A stretch of 64,000 bases of DNA from assembly GCA_021399345.1 (NCBI GenBank), contig JAAFKI010000112.1:45753-109752 (forward strand), written 5' to 3'. Below are positions 1-10,603 of the stretch, one piece after another; the first letter of the stretch is position 1; every line of letters begins with the position of its first letter. A program made the translations under genes and the position numbers. A model generated the notes under the pieces. That model was not told where the DNA came from, did not search any database, and saw only the letters and a list, made by a program, of their open reading frames with translations. Source of the DNA: Candidatus Heimdallarchaeota archaeon (GTDB lineage Archaea; Asgardarchaeota; Heimdallarchaeia; Heimdallarchaeales; Heimdallarchaeaceae).

Positions 1-28
1 CACAGATGATTTCAGTAAAACTAAGAAG

Positions 29-595
29 ATGCTTAAGCTACAAATGATAGATTTTGAAAAGAAGAAAAAGAATCTGAGTAAAGAAACACAGATAGAATTT
101 TTCAAACTTAAAAAAACACAGCGGAAGTTGGATGCTAGAACAAAGAAATTCAAGCTAGATGAAAAAAGAAACAAGACAATAACAAGGGAAGAGAAAGAAG
201 CATTAATCAACGATGTTAGAAAGTTCCAGAAGAAGAAAGCAGAAATACAAAAGGAAATAGATCATGCAAAGAAGATAGATGAAACGTTGAAGGAATGGAT
301 AGAAATTCTAACTAGCTTGGGACTGGAAGAAGCAAATGCAAAGTTTTTGGAAGCTTTCTCAGAAGATTTTTCAAAAAACATCTTAGAGCTGCTAGAGCAT
401 GAAAATTTAGAAGAGTTTCTTGAAAAAGCATTTATTGAAAGTGCAGATTTCTCGAATATTACTCTTCATGTCTTATATATTCCAACACTAATTTATTCTT
501 TTAAAGCAAAGCAAGGGAGTCAAAAAATAGAAGGAAAAATACTCTATCTTGCTCCAGCACAAGAAACAATTTTTCTCAAGCCCCCAGTAGCTTAA
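29..595 (+). CDS. Hypothetical Lys/Glu-rich coiled-coil protein
   Basis: A 188-aa ORF with a strongly charged (K/E) heptad-like N-terminal half and no recognisable catalytic motif. The sequence is codon-plausible. Confidence 0.45.
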   Translation: MLKLQMIDFEKKKKNLSKETQIEFFKLKKTQRKLDARTKKFKLDEKRNKTITREEKEALINDVRKFQKKKAEIQKEIDHAKKIDETLKEWIEILTSLGLEEANAKFLEAFSEDFSKNILELLEHENLEEFLEKAFIESADFSNITLHVLYIPTLIYSFKAKQGSQKIEGKILYLAPAQETIFLKPPVA

Positions 596-664
596 AACAA
601 GACTGTTTTTTATTAAATAAAATAATATTTCTTTGAACAAGTTTATTAGTGCTTAATTGTCTGA

Positions 665-1384
665 ATGAGACAGATGACTGAAGAGATTGTTGTTTGTGAG
701 AATTTATCAAAACGGTTTATAGTAGGAGATAGTGTTGTAAAAGCTGTAAACGGAGTGGATTTAACTTTTCATAGAAAAGAATTTACTTCAGTTGTTGGAC
801 CAAGCGGAAGTGGAAAAACAACTCTGTTAAATCTGATTGGAACACTGGAAATTCCAACTACTGGAAGGATAATAGTGAATGGTACAGATTTAAGTCATTT
901 TTCTCCAGCAGATTTGACAGAATTTAGAAGAAAGAATCTAGGATTTGTTTTTCAATTTTTTAATCTGGTTGAAGGGTTAACAGGAAGGGAAAATGTTGAA
1001 TTGCCATTGATTTTTGATGGAGTTCCATATGAAGTGAGACAAAAAAGAGTAGAAGACATTTTCAAGGAATTTGAAATAGAACATCTGTATAATAAGTTCC
1101 CAGAAGAATTAAGTTCAGGAGAAAGACAAAGAGTAGCTATTATGCGGGCGTTAATCAACGAGCCTATTTTACTTCTAGCAGACGAGCCGACAGGAAATCT
1201 AGACACAAATACAGGACAAACAGTACTGGATTTGTTCAAGCAACTCAATGATGAGAGAGGGACATCAATAGCACTAGTAACACATGATCTATCAGCAGCA
1301 AAAAGAGCAAAAAGAATTTTACATATGCATGATGGAAAAATAACTTTTGACCAACAAAACTTGGATGAAGAACCAAAAGGATAG
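665..1384 (+). CDS. ABC transporter ATP-binding protein (MacB/LolD/FtsE-like)
   Basis: It has a Walker A motif (GPSGSGKTT), an ABC signature (LSSGERQRVAIMRAL) and a Walker B motif (LLLADEPTGNLD). No partner permease lies in the window. Confidence 0.85.
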   Translation: MRQMTEEIVVCENLSKRFIVGDSVVKAVNGVDLTFHRKEFTSVVGPSGSGKTTLLNLIGTLEIPTTGRIIVNGTDLSHFSPADLTEFRRKNLGFVFQFFNLVEGLTGRENVELPLIFDGVPYEVRQKRVEDIFKEFEIEHLYNKFPEELSSGERQRVAIMRALINEPILLLADEPTGNLDTNTGQTVLDLFKQLNDERGTSIALVTHDLSAAKRAKRILHMHDGKITFDQQNLDEEPKG

Positions 1385-1589
1385 AAGAATAGGCAAAATG
1401 AAGTAGAAGCCAAAAAGAGAGGGCAAGAGAGCAGAAAAGACCAATTTTGAGAAGTAACCCGAGACTTTTCTTACTTATATATATTTCCCCTAGTTTCTTC
1501 ATAAGACTTAAAAATGCATAAACTGGCCATAAATATAATTAGTGACTCACTAATACTCTTATGAGTATAAACTTCGCGGAGAAAAATAT

Positions 1590-2597
1590 ATGTCATTAAA
1601 AGGATTCATAATTAGAAGAACCATATATATTGTCCCAGTTATGCTTGGAATTACTTTGATGAATTTCACGCTTATCAATGTCAGTCCCGGTGATCCCGTA
1701 GTCGTCAGACTTGGGTTAATTCATTGTGATAATGACGACTGTTATAATGCAGCATACAATGGCGAAGCAATCGAAATGGGGCTTTTAGATAGCGATTTTT
1801 ACACCGTTCCATGGTTTAATCGATATGTAGATTTTGTTAATGATTTGCTTCATTTTGACCTAGGGAATTCGTGGTACTATACGCAGGCGGGTGAAGGTGT
1901 ACCTATATCGCAGATTATATCAGAACGAGCTATATATACAGTTGTACTAAATGTGCTCTCGTTCTTCTTCTCGTTATTACTCGCAACAGCAATAGGTGTA
2001 GTATCAGCAACACGTCAAAACTCTTTCTGGGATAGGTCGTTAACGGTCGCAATGCTACTAGGGTATTCAATGCCTCTGTTCTGGCTAGCTAAGCTCCTGA
2101 TGTTACTATCATTTCAATTATTCAATTTTACAGGAGTAGCCAATAAGGATGCATTCAGGAAACCACTGTTTTTGAATCCAAACTTCTATAAATATCTAAT
2201 ATTGCCAACTATAGCGTTAACACTAGGTGGACTGGTATTTATGGCAAGATTGGTAAGATCACAATTACTAGAGATTCTAAGACAAGATTATATAACAACA
2301 GCGAAAGCAAAAGGACTGGATAACAGAGCAGTAATTTACAAGCACGCATTCAGAAATGGATTGCTACCAATCGTTACAATAATTGGTAACTCCCTACCAG
2401 GATTACTAGCAGGGTCAGTAATGATTGAAGCAGTATTTGGATGGCCAGGACTTGGTACAGTCTTCCTAGAAGGAGCTCTATTTAGAGATTATCCGATGAT
2501 GATGGCTACGAACACGATCTTTCCGTTGCTCTTCTTAGTGGCGCGTTTACTTACGGATATCACGTACGTTTTCATCGACCCGAGGATTAGATACTAA
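1590..2597 (+). CDS. Oligopeptide/dipeptide ABC transporter permease (OppB/DppB-like)
   Basis: It is a multi-TM protein with the BPD_transp_1 family EAA-like loop (ITTAKAKGLDNRAVIYKHAFRN). It is followed on the same strand by a second permease and two peptide-type ATPases. Confidence 0.85.
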   Translation: MSLKGFIIRRTIYIVPVMLGITLMNFTLINVSPGDPVVVRLGLIHCDNDDCYNAAYNGEAIEMGLLDSDFYTVPWFNRYVDFVNDLLHFDLGNSWYYTQAGEGVPISQIISERAIYTVVLNVLSFFFSLLLATAIGVVSATRQNSFWDRSLTVAMLLGYSMPLFWLAKLLMLLSFQLFNFTGVANKDAFRKPLFLNPNFYKYLILPTIALTLGGLVFMARLVRSQLLEILRQDYITTAKAKGLDNRAVIYKHAFRNGLLPIVTIIGNSLPGLLAGSVMIEAVFGWPGLGTVFLEGALFRDYPMMMATNTIFPLLFLVARLLTDITYVFIDPRIRY

Positions 2598-2611
2598 GGT
2601 GTGATTTACAT

Positions 2612-3673
2612 ATGGCAACAGCAGAACACGAACAATCTACTGAATTTCTGTTAGATGAAAAAACTCTTCGAGAAATCGAAACCATGAAAGGAGCTGGTCA
2701 ATGGTCTATTGTCTGGCGACGTATTAAGAAAGACAAGATGGGTATGCTTGGTCTTTACATCGTCATTTTCCTTATCTTAATGGCTTTCGCATCTTGGATT
2801 TTACTCGGGTTTGACAACTGGCTTACTAGTCAAGGTGCTCTCCTTGGAGATCCCTCTAATCCAGCCAGTCTGAATAACCTCTATATTGAACTATGGTTAC
2901 CGGGAATGCCGGCGGAGAGTCCTCTTGTATTATTCCAACACCCCCGATACCATTTCCCTGAATTAGCTAAGCTTCCCCCATCATTTGCACATCCTTTTGG
3001 TACTGATGGAATTGGTCACGATATGGTATCACGTATTTTCTTTGGAGCAACTGTCTCCTTAGCTCTTGGTTTCATTGGTCAAATGACCACAGTTATCATT
3101 GGTACATTTTTAGGATCAATTGCGGGATTCTATGGTGGATTTATTGATGAAGTCCTACAAAGGATTATCGAAATTCTTTACTCAATGCCAGGCTTCATAC
3201 TGATGATATTCATTATAGTGCTCTTTGAGGATGTGAATATACCGGGAGGTAGGTACGCGGTAGTGGTAATATTCTTTTCACTCATCGGGTGGGGCGGAAC
3301 AGCTCTCATCGTAAGGTCAAACTTCTTCTCGTTGAAGCAACAAGACTTCGTTGAAGCGGAACGTGCGCTCGGTGCGAGTGATATGAGAATTATTTTCAAG
3401 CATATCCTACCGAACTCGTTGGCACCACTAATCATCATCGTAACGCTAGGGATTGCAAACACAATATTCCTATTTGCAGCTTTAGCATTCTTCGGTTTCG
3501 GAGACCCTAACGCTGTTTCGTGGGGTGATGATTTAAATAAATGGCAGAACGATTTACTCGATTATCCATGGATGCCGATGTTTCCAGCGCTATTTATTTT
3601 CTTCACGGTACTGGGTTTCAACCTCTTAGGTGACGCTTTAAGGGATGCTCTCGATCCAAGACTGAAGGATTAA
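2612..3673 (+). CDS. Oligopeptide/dipeptide ABC transporter permease (OppC/DppC-like)
   Basis: It is a multi-TM protein with a C-terminal permease motif (EAERALGASDMRIIFKHILPN). It lies 15 bp after the oppB-like gene. Confidence 0.85.
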   Translation: MATAEHEQSTEFLLDEKTLREIETMKGAGQWSIVWRRIKKDKMGMLGLYIVIFLILMAFASWILLGFDNWLTSQGALLGDPSNPASLNNLYIELWLPGMPAESPLVLFQHPRYHFPELAKLPPSFAHPFGTDGIGHDMVSRIFFGATVSLALGFIGQMTTVIIGTFLGSIAGFYGGFIDEVLQRIIEILYSMPGFILMIFIIVLFEDVNIPGGRYAVVVIFFSLIGWGGTALIVRSNFFSLKQQDFVEAERALGASDMRIIFKHILPNSLAPLIIIVTLGIANTIFLFAALAFFGFGDPNAVSWGDDLNKWQNDLLDYPWMPMFPALFIFFTVLGFNLLGDALRDALDPRLKD

Positions 3674-3720
3674 TACCTTCTTTCAATTCTTTTTTATTTT
3701 TCTTTGTTTTTCAGATTACC
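3674..3720 (+). terminator. Oligo-T tract after oppC-like gene (possible archaeal intrinsic terminator)
   Basis: The sequence tcttttttatttttctttgtttttc lies immediately 3' of the stop codon. Archaeal RNA polymerase terminates at oligo-T runs. Confidence 0.3.
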
Positions 3721-3770
3721 TTTTGATAGTAGGTTCATTGATTTTCAGAGAAATTTTAATTATCAAGGAA

Positions 3771-3850
3771 TTTCTTGGGGTGATGATTTGAATAAGCGAC
3801 ACAATATTAATTTAGACGCCCTCCGGGTTCTGTTCTCAGTTTAAAACACG
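3771..3850 (+). repeat. Degraded duplicate of the oppC 3' end (relic fragment)
   Basis: Positions 3771-3795 (tttcttggggtgatgatttgaataa) match 3516-3540 inside oppC at 23 of 25 bases. In frame the relic reads ISWGDDLNKRHNINLDALRVLFSV*, against oppC ...VSWGDDLNKWQN...NLLGDALRDALDPRLKD. Confidence 0.5.
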
Positions 3851-4036
3851 TGCTTTCAAAGTCTTTTTTTATTTATTTTCATGCAAATAAACGGCAATTT
3901 TTTTTTTCATCCTTTATTAATCAAAGTTGTCATTATCTTTTTGATGTGCCTTGTCTGTTGCACGTCAGAGTCAAAAATCTTGTAGATTGGGTGAAGATGG
4001 GAGGGAGACTCACCATCTATTGCAAGATGAAGAACT

Positions 4037-4064
4037 AGTTCTTCCTCTCCAGTTCTTCCTCTCC
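4037..4064 (+). repeat. Tandem direct repeat (14 bp x 2)
   Basis: The unit agttcttcctctcc occurs twice in perfect tandem, in the intergenic region upstream of the 4137 ORF. Confidence 0.7.
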
Positions 4065-4136
4065 AGCTGTAACCTAGCTGCACAAAAATTCTATTGAGTA
4101 TTTAAATCAAATTCTATATATATTATCGAGGAAAAA

Positions 4137-4925
4137 ATGACTACTATCGTCGACTCAGTGCACTTACAACCCCTTGAAAAGACTATCCGTGAATTGCAAA
4201 CCCCACTCTTTCTAATTAATGGTAAAATGGAGCGCATAGATTGGAGCCAAGACCTACGCCATATCTTCAGATTTATTGAAATTATTTCTGATTTAGCCAA
4301 AAGATCTATACCTGAAACTATCTTTGCGGAAGCATTCATCCAATTCCAATATCTAAGTGATTTATTGCTTGAAAGTCACTCTGGTGACAATAGCTTCAAC
4401 AACGATGATATGTTAGCTTATTTTCTTGCTCTTCTTGATAATACCTTAGCTTATTATGGTAGAGAATTACAACAGAAATTGTTGCACAGAATCTTACGAT
4501 TTTGGGGTGTTGACAGAGACATAGGTGTTTACACTAGAAAAGTCACACAAGCAAAAAAAATTCTAGAAAATGCCAAATTATTGCGCAATGATAGCGAAAA
4601 CGTTACTGATGAGCTGCATGCAAAAGTCAATCTCCTAGCAAAATACTTGAAACAGATTCTCCCGCAAGCTACTGAGGAGCTAGATGTAGTGTTGGAAGAA
4701 ATCACTGGACTTATCCGAAAGAAAATTATTCCATTTGCAAGTATAAGTAATGCTGCACTAACGATGATAGTAGCTTTTTTCCCGTTCTATTTAAACTATC
4801 CAGCAGTGAAACTTTATATCATGCTTCACCTGCAAAAGGAATTAAATGTACACCTCCCAACATTAAGAAAAGATGTAATAAGATTTAGAAAAAAACTACA
4901 AAAAGCTGGTATTCCAAAAAAATGA
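4137..4925 (+). CDS. Hypothetical protein inserted between the Opp permease and ATPase genes
   Basis: A 262-aa ORF with no recognisable motifs, mostly alpha-helical in character. Its position splits an otherwise canonical oppBC-oppDF arrangement. Confidence 0.5.
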   Translation: MTTIVDSVHLQPLEKTIRELQTPLFLINGKMERIDWSQDLRHIFRFIEIISDLAKRSIPETIFAEAFIQFQYLSDLLLESHSGDNSFNNDDMLAYFLALLDNTLAYYGRELQQKLLHRILRFWGVDRDIGVYTRKVTQAKKILENAKLLRNDSENVTDELHAKVNLLAKYLKQILPQATEELDVVLEEITGLIRKKIIPFASISNAALTMIVAFFPFYLNYPAVKLYIMLHLQKELNVHLPTLRKDVIRFRKKLQKAGIPKK

Positions 4926-5128
4926 ACAATTCTTGACATTCTTTTTGTTTTCATCATCTAGTAGAAACTTCTTCTAAACACATTTCTGGATGTTTTTACT
5001 CAGCTAGTGGATATATTTTAATAGGCTCCCGAAATCTTGAGTAAAAATAGGCAAACTTATAAAAGTTAGAATAACAAAATCAACCAAGTAATTTAAGATT
5101 ATTAGCTAATAATATAAAAAGTGATTTT

Positions 5129-6199
5129 ATGAGTAGACCATCAGAAGATGTATTGTTGGAGATAAACGGGCTCAAAACATATTTCTTCACTGAAGAGGGT
5201 GTAGTTAAAGCAATAGAATCAGTTGATCTTGAGGTATATAAGTCAGAAACTCTTGGACTAGTAGGTGAGTCAGGATCAGGCAAATCAGTTACAGCTTTAT
5301 CTATATTAGGTATTGTCCCAGATCCGCCAGGTAAGATACTTGGTGGAGAGGTAATTTTCCACGGACAAGATCTTCGCAAACTTAGTGATTCAGATATGCG
5401 TAAAATAAGAGGGAACCAGATAGCAATGATTTTCCAGGACCCAATGACATCTCTAAATCCCGTCTTCACAGTAGGAGACCAAATTAGCGAAGCTATTATG
5501 CTACACCAAAAAGTTACAAAGAAAGAAGCAAAAGAGAAGGCAATTAAAATCATGTCTCTTGTAGGTATTCCAAGTGCAGATGAACGTGTAGACAACTATC
5601 CCTTTGAGTTCTCAGGCGGAATGCGTCAACGTGTAATGATTGCGATGAGTTTAAGTTGTAATCCTGAACTCTTGATTGCTGACGAACCTTCAACTAGTTT
5701 AGATGTTACCATTCAAGCTCAAATCCTTGAATTGCTCAAAGCTACAAGTGAAGAGTTCGACATGAGTATCATACTTATCACACACGATATGGGTGTTATT
5801 GCCGAGATGTGCGATAGAGTTGCTGTCATGTATGCCGGGTTTATTTGTGAAATTGGTGATATCATGATTATCTTCAAATCCCCTTATCATCCTTATACTC
5901 GTGGTTTATTAGGTGCGATTCCTCGTCCTGATGCAGCTCGTGATGATTTACAGATTATTCGCGGAGCTATCCCCAATCTTATCAATCCTCCATCTGCTTG
6001 TCGATTCCACCCACGTTGTGATTATCACATGTTGGGTCTTTGTGAAAGTGTCGTACCAGAATTAGTTGAAATAGAACCTGGACATTCAGTTCGATGCCAT
6101 CTTTATTCTAACGAAGGTAAAGCTTGGATGGCTGAAAAAGGAGATAAACGCGTTATTGGTACTGTACCAAAAAGTATTGTAGATGAGGTGACAAAATGA
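5129..6199 (+). CDS. Oligopeptide ABC transporter ATP-binding protein (OppD/DppD-like)
   Basis: It has a Walker A motif (GESGSGKS), a signature (FSGGMRQRVMIAMSL), a Walker B motif (LLIADEPSTSLD) and the C-terminal oligopeptide-ABC extension carrying a Cys/His cluster (CRFHPRCDYHMLGLC). Confidence 0.9.
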   Translation: MSRPSEDVLLEINGLKTYFFTEEGVVKAIESVDLEVYKSETLGLVGESGSGKSVTALSILGIVPDPPGKILGGEVIFHGQDLRKLSDSDMRKIRGNQIAMIFQDPMTSLNPVFTVGDQISEAIMLHQKVTKKEAKEKAIKIMSLVGIPSADERVDNYPFEFSGGMRQRVMIAMSLSCNPELLIADEPSTSLDVTIQAQILELLKATSEEFDMSIILITHDMGVIAEMCDRVAVMYAGFICEIGDIMIIFKSPYHPYTRGLLGAIPRPDAARDDLQIIRGAIPNLINPPSACRFHPRCDYHMLGLCESVVPELVEIEPGHSVRCHLYSNEGKAWMAEKGDKRVIGTVPKSIVDEVTK

Positions 6200-7419
6200 G
6201 TAGTGCAGATTCTTTTATTGATAAACTTCAAGAAAAACAACAGAAAAGGGGTTTACTTGCAGATCGTATTCGAACTAAGGAAATGGGAGAAGACGTCATT
6301 CTGGAAATAGAAAATCTAAAGAAATTCTTCGATATTCCAGTTCCCTTTGAAACTACATGGTTTATGATAGCTTTCGTAGCAGCAATCGTAGTATTTGCTT
6401 TTGAACAAATAATTGGACTCAGTATTATTGGAGCTATTATTGTTCTCTACTTTGCTTTACCATATATTCCTCCTTTCAATAAGCGACCTCGAGTAGCGCA
6501 TCTGAAAGCTGTTGATGGTATTTCCATTCAGATTAAAAAAGGAAAGATTGTTGGTTTAGTTGGTGAATCTGGTTGCGGAAAAAGTACAGCCGCAAAAACA
6601 ATCATAAGATTACACGAACCTACTGAAGGGGCGGTTTATTTCAAAGGTATTGACATCAATCGTCTAACTTCCGATGAAATGAAGGAGATTCGAAGACATT
6701 TACAGATAGTATTTCAAGATCCTTATGCTTCATTGAATCCAAGAGCTACAGCACATGATATTATTATCGAACCATTTGACATACATGGAGTTGCATCTGG
6801 TGATGAAGCTAGTTATAGAGTTTTAACTCTTCTAAAGGATGTAGGTCTTGCCCCTCACCATGCATACCGTTATCCTCACGAATTCAGTGGCGGACAACGT
6901 CAAAGACTAGGTATTGCTAGAGCTTTAGCATTGGAGCCTGATTTTATCGTCATGGATGAACCTGTATCTAACCTTGATGTATCAGTCCGTGCAGCTATTA
7001 TCCAGCTGATTTTACATTTGCAGAAAAAAATGGGATTAACCTATCTCTTTATTGCTCACGATCTTTCACTCGTTAAGATTCTTTGTGATGAAGTAAACGT
7101 CATGTATCTCGGTAAAATCATGGAAGCAGGAACCAGTGATGAAATCTTTGAAGCAATGATGCATCCTTATACTAAAGCCTTGATTTCAGCAGTACCAATA
7201 GCTGATCCTACAAAACGCTCAAAGAAAATCTTCTTGACTGGAGATATTCCAACTCCTATTAATCCTCCTCCAGGTTGCAAATTCCAAACACGCTGTCCTC
7301 TAGTATCGGATGTTTGCCGTGTTGAAGATCCACCAGCCAAATGGTATACTGCCTCTCATGTTGCATATTGCCACAATATTGAAGGTGGAGAAGATAGCCC
7401 TGATTCATATATTCAGTGA
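6196..7419 (+). CDS. Oligopeptide ABC transporter ATP-binding protein (OppF/DppF-like) with an N-terminal hydrophobic hairpin insertion
   Basis: It has a Walker A motif (GESGCGKST), a signature (FSGGQRQRLGIARAL), a Walker B motif (FIVMDEPVSNLD) and the oligopeptide C-terminal motif (CKFQTRCP). It overlaps oppD by 4 bp. About 50 extra residues with two hydrophobic helices (WFMIAFVAAIVVFAFEQIIGLSIIGAIIVLYFALPYIPPF) sit between the first beta-strand and the Walker A motif. Confidence 0.85.
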   Translation: MSSADSFIDKLQEKQQKRGLLADRIRTKEMGEDVILEIENLKKFFDIPVPFETTWFMIAFVAAIVVFAFEQIIGLSIIGAIIVLYFALPYIPPFNKRPRVAHLKAVDGISIQIKKGKIVGLVGESGCGKSTAAKTIIRLHEPTEGAVYFKGIDINRLTSDEMKEIRRHLQIVFQDPYASLNPRATAHDIIIEPFDIHGVASGDEASYRVLTLLKDVGLAPHHAYRYPHEFSGGQRQRLGIARALALEPDFIVMDEPVSNLDVSVRAAIIQLILHLQKKMGLTYLFIAHDLSLVKILCDEVNVMYLGKIMEAGTSDEIFEAMMHPYTKALISAVPIADPTKRSKKIFLTGDIPTPINPPPGCKFQTRCPLVSDVCRVEDPPAKWYTASHVAYCHNIEGGEDSPDSYIQ

Positions 7420-7535
7420 GCTTTTTCCTTTCTCTCTTTTTCTTTTGTCATTTAAACTTTAACAAGATTTATTTAGCTAGGTAATGGTGTATTATTTGTT
7501 ATTGTTTACACAGATTAGTAATGTGAGGAAATAAA

Positions 7536-8288
7536 ATGAGTAGAGTAAATCTTGAATCAGCTAAAAACAATATTGAAAGGCTAGCTGCAAACCTCGACGA
7601 ATTACAACAGGTTTTAACTAGCAAAAAAGAAGAGATTAACGGGAAGATTAGAGAAATTATGGAAGTACTTTCCTCCTTCTTTAAAGAAGCTGATGATATC
7701 AATCAAACTATTAATTCAGGAGAAGAAAAGAAAAATCAAAGCTCGAATCAATTGGATCAACTCAATAATGAATTACAGGAGCTAAATCATAGAAAAGATA
7801 TTCTTCAGTCTGAAATCACCAGCAAACAAAGAGATATTGAACAGCTTTCAGCTTTAATTCTGGAAAGAGAAAAAACTAGTACGGAAGTTATTCTTCAAGT
7901 TGATTCCTTAAAAGAAAGAGTTGCGGACTTAAAACGCAAAATCGAAGAATTTGATGTTTTAACAGATGCATTAAATGAAGAAACCAAAGAACAAACAAGA
8001 ACTAGAGAAATTAAAAACGTCGACCTTGAAAATAATTTTAATCGAATACTTTCCCGTTCTAAATCTTTACAATATTTAGTGAAAAATGATATTGTTACTT
8101 TGCCAGAAATACAGGTTTTACGTAGTTTGAATACACCTGGGGTAGATAATGCTGAAAATCTTAAGAAAACCTCTGGTGTTTCTGATGACATTATTCGTAA
8201 AATTCTGCAAGACTTAGCTCGAAGAGAAATTATTGAATACGATCCTACCTCTGGAAAGTTCAAAGTGCTCTCAAGGATTGATATTTAG
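7536..8288 (+). CDS. Coiled-coil protein with C-terminal winged-helix-like domain
   Basis: It has a long heptad-rich region (EELQELNHRKDILQSEITSKQRDIEQL...). The C-terminal roughly 70 aa (DIIRKILQDLARREIIEYDPTSGKFKVL) resembles a MarR/TrmB-type winged HTH. Confidence 0.5.
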   Translation: MSRVNLESAKNNIERLAANLDELQQVLTSKKEEINGKIREIMEVLSSFFKEADDINQTINSGEEKKNQSSNQLDQLNNELQELNHRKDILQSEITSKQRDIEQLSALILEREKTSTEVILQVDSLKERVADLKRKIEEFDVLTDALNEETKEQTRTREIKNVDLENNFNRILSRSKSLQYLVKNDIVTLPEIQVLRSLNTPGVDNAENLKKTSGVSDDIIRKILQDLARREIIEYDPTSGKFKVLSRIDI

Positions 8289-9050
8289 GTGATTATGATG
8301 TCAGAAGAAAAATTAACAAACTTACTTGAAGAGATTAAGAGAGATGTTGAGGAATTATCCTCTCGTGTTTCAGCTACTATTTCAACATCTAAAGTGACAA
8401 TAGATTCTACAAAAGATGATGTTAGAGTCATCCCAGACTATATTGATTCATTAAAAAATTCTTTGCTTGGATTGAAGGAGAACAACGAACAACTAGAAGA
8501 GAAGGATATGCATACGCAACAATCAATTGAGACTACCACAACTGAAATAGAAATCAATGTTGTTAAGAAAAGTGAACTGGAATCTACAGAAAATAGTAAA
8601 AGACAATACAAAGAAGAAATTGAGCACAAAATTATTGATTTTCAACAGAAGATTAGTCAACTGGAATCAGAACATAACCAATTAAGTTCTGATGTCAAAG
8701 GTAAAGAACTGATTTATACTCAACTTCAAACTCAATCTAAGGAAACTATTGAAACATTGGATCAAAAAATAGCTGAAGCAACTGCTAGGTTGGCACAAGT
8801 AGAAGATGAAAATAAACTGATTGTGTATCTGATGGATGCTGGTCTAATGGATGTTCCTGAAGCAGAGGTTGTTGCAACAATCGCATCTCGTCCTGAAGGT
8901 CTTAAGCTAGCTGAGATTAAGGAAAAAGTCAATATGCCACCTGTTAGAGTTCAACCTACAATCAATAATTTGTTGGAATCTGTTATAGAATATGACACAA
9001 TGAGTGATTCTTACAAAATACTTGATATTATAAAGAAAGAACTAGAATAA
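8289..9050 (+). CDS. Coiled-coil protein with C-terminal winged-helix-like domain (paralog of preceding gene)
   Basis: It has the same architecture as the preceding gene. The C-terminus (LAEIKEKVNMPPVRVQPTINNLLESVIEYDTMSDSYKIL) is winged-HTH-like. It begins at a GTG or ATG directly after the upstream stop. Confidence 0.5.
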   Translation: MIMMSEEKLTNLLEEIKRDVEELSSRVSATISTSKVTIDSTKDDVRVIPDYIDSLKNSLLGLKENNEQLEEKDMHTQQSIETTTTEIEINVVKKSELESTENSKRQYKEEIEHKIIDFQQKISQLESEHNQLSSDVKGKELIYTQLQTQSKETIETLDQKIAEATARLAQVEDENKLIVYLMDAGLMDVPEAEVVATIASRPEGLKLAEIKEKVNMPPVRVQPTINNLLESVIEYDTMSDSYKILDIIKKELE

Positions 9051-9200
9051 GAATAAGTTTTTTAATCTATTTTTTTCTTTAATTTTTTTAAGCCTCTAGT
9101 TAAACATGTACTCAACTTCCCGTATTCTTGTGAATTTATAATACGTAATTTTACAGTTATATCACAATGGTTTTAAATAAAATTTAGATTAGCAAATTAA

Positions 9201-10574
<1,374 letters not shown>

Positions 10575-10584
10575 TAATTATTTT

Positions 10585-10603
10585 TCGATGGATTATCCAT
10601 CGA
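10585..10603. terminator. Perfect palindromic hairpin flanked by T-runs between convergent genes
   Basis: The sequence tcgatggat-t-atccatcga forms a 9-bp stem with a 1-nt loop. It is preceded by ttttt and followed by taatttttcttattttt, and sits between the gdhA stop (10574) and the stop of the convergent 988-aa gene (10613). Confidence 0.5.

Noticed and set aside
952-1502. Antisense ORFs 952..1413(-) and 1245..1502(-), and similar shadow ORFs listed in the track
   Set aside because: They lie entirely or largely inside confidently assigned genes on the opposite strand (ABC ATPase, gdhA, LacZ, GH3 and others). They have low-complexity Ser/Leu/Phe-rich translations typical of antisense frames in AT-rich DNA. 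The other shadow ORFs are 3178..3462-, 5080..5595-, 5699..5890-, 7895..8263-, 8438..8629-, 9237..9476-, 10126..10359+, 12018..12314+, 13065..13406+, 16137..16349-, 18671..19309+, 21642..22034+, 23011..23549+, 26379..26938-, 43087..43833-, 47701..47892-, 50059..50247+, 55099..55458+ and 63253..63537+.
4037-4064. Possible CRISPR-like repeat
   Set aside because: There are only two copies of a 14-bp unit in perfect tandem with no spacers. No other repeat-spacer periodicity occurs anywhere in the window, and no cas genes are present.
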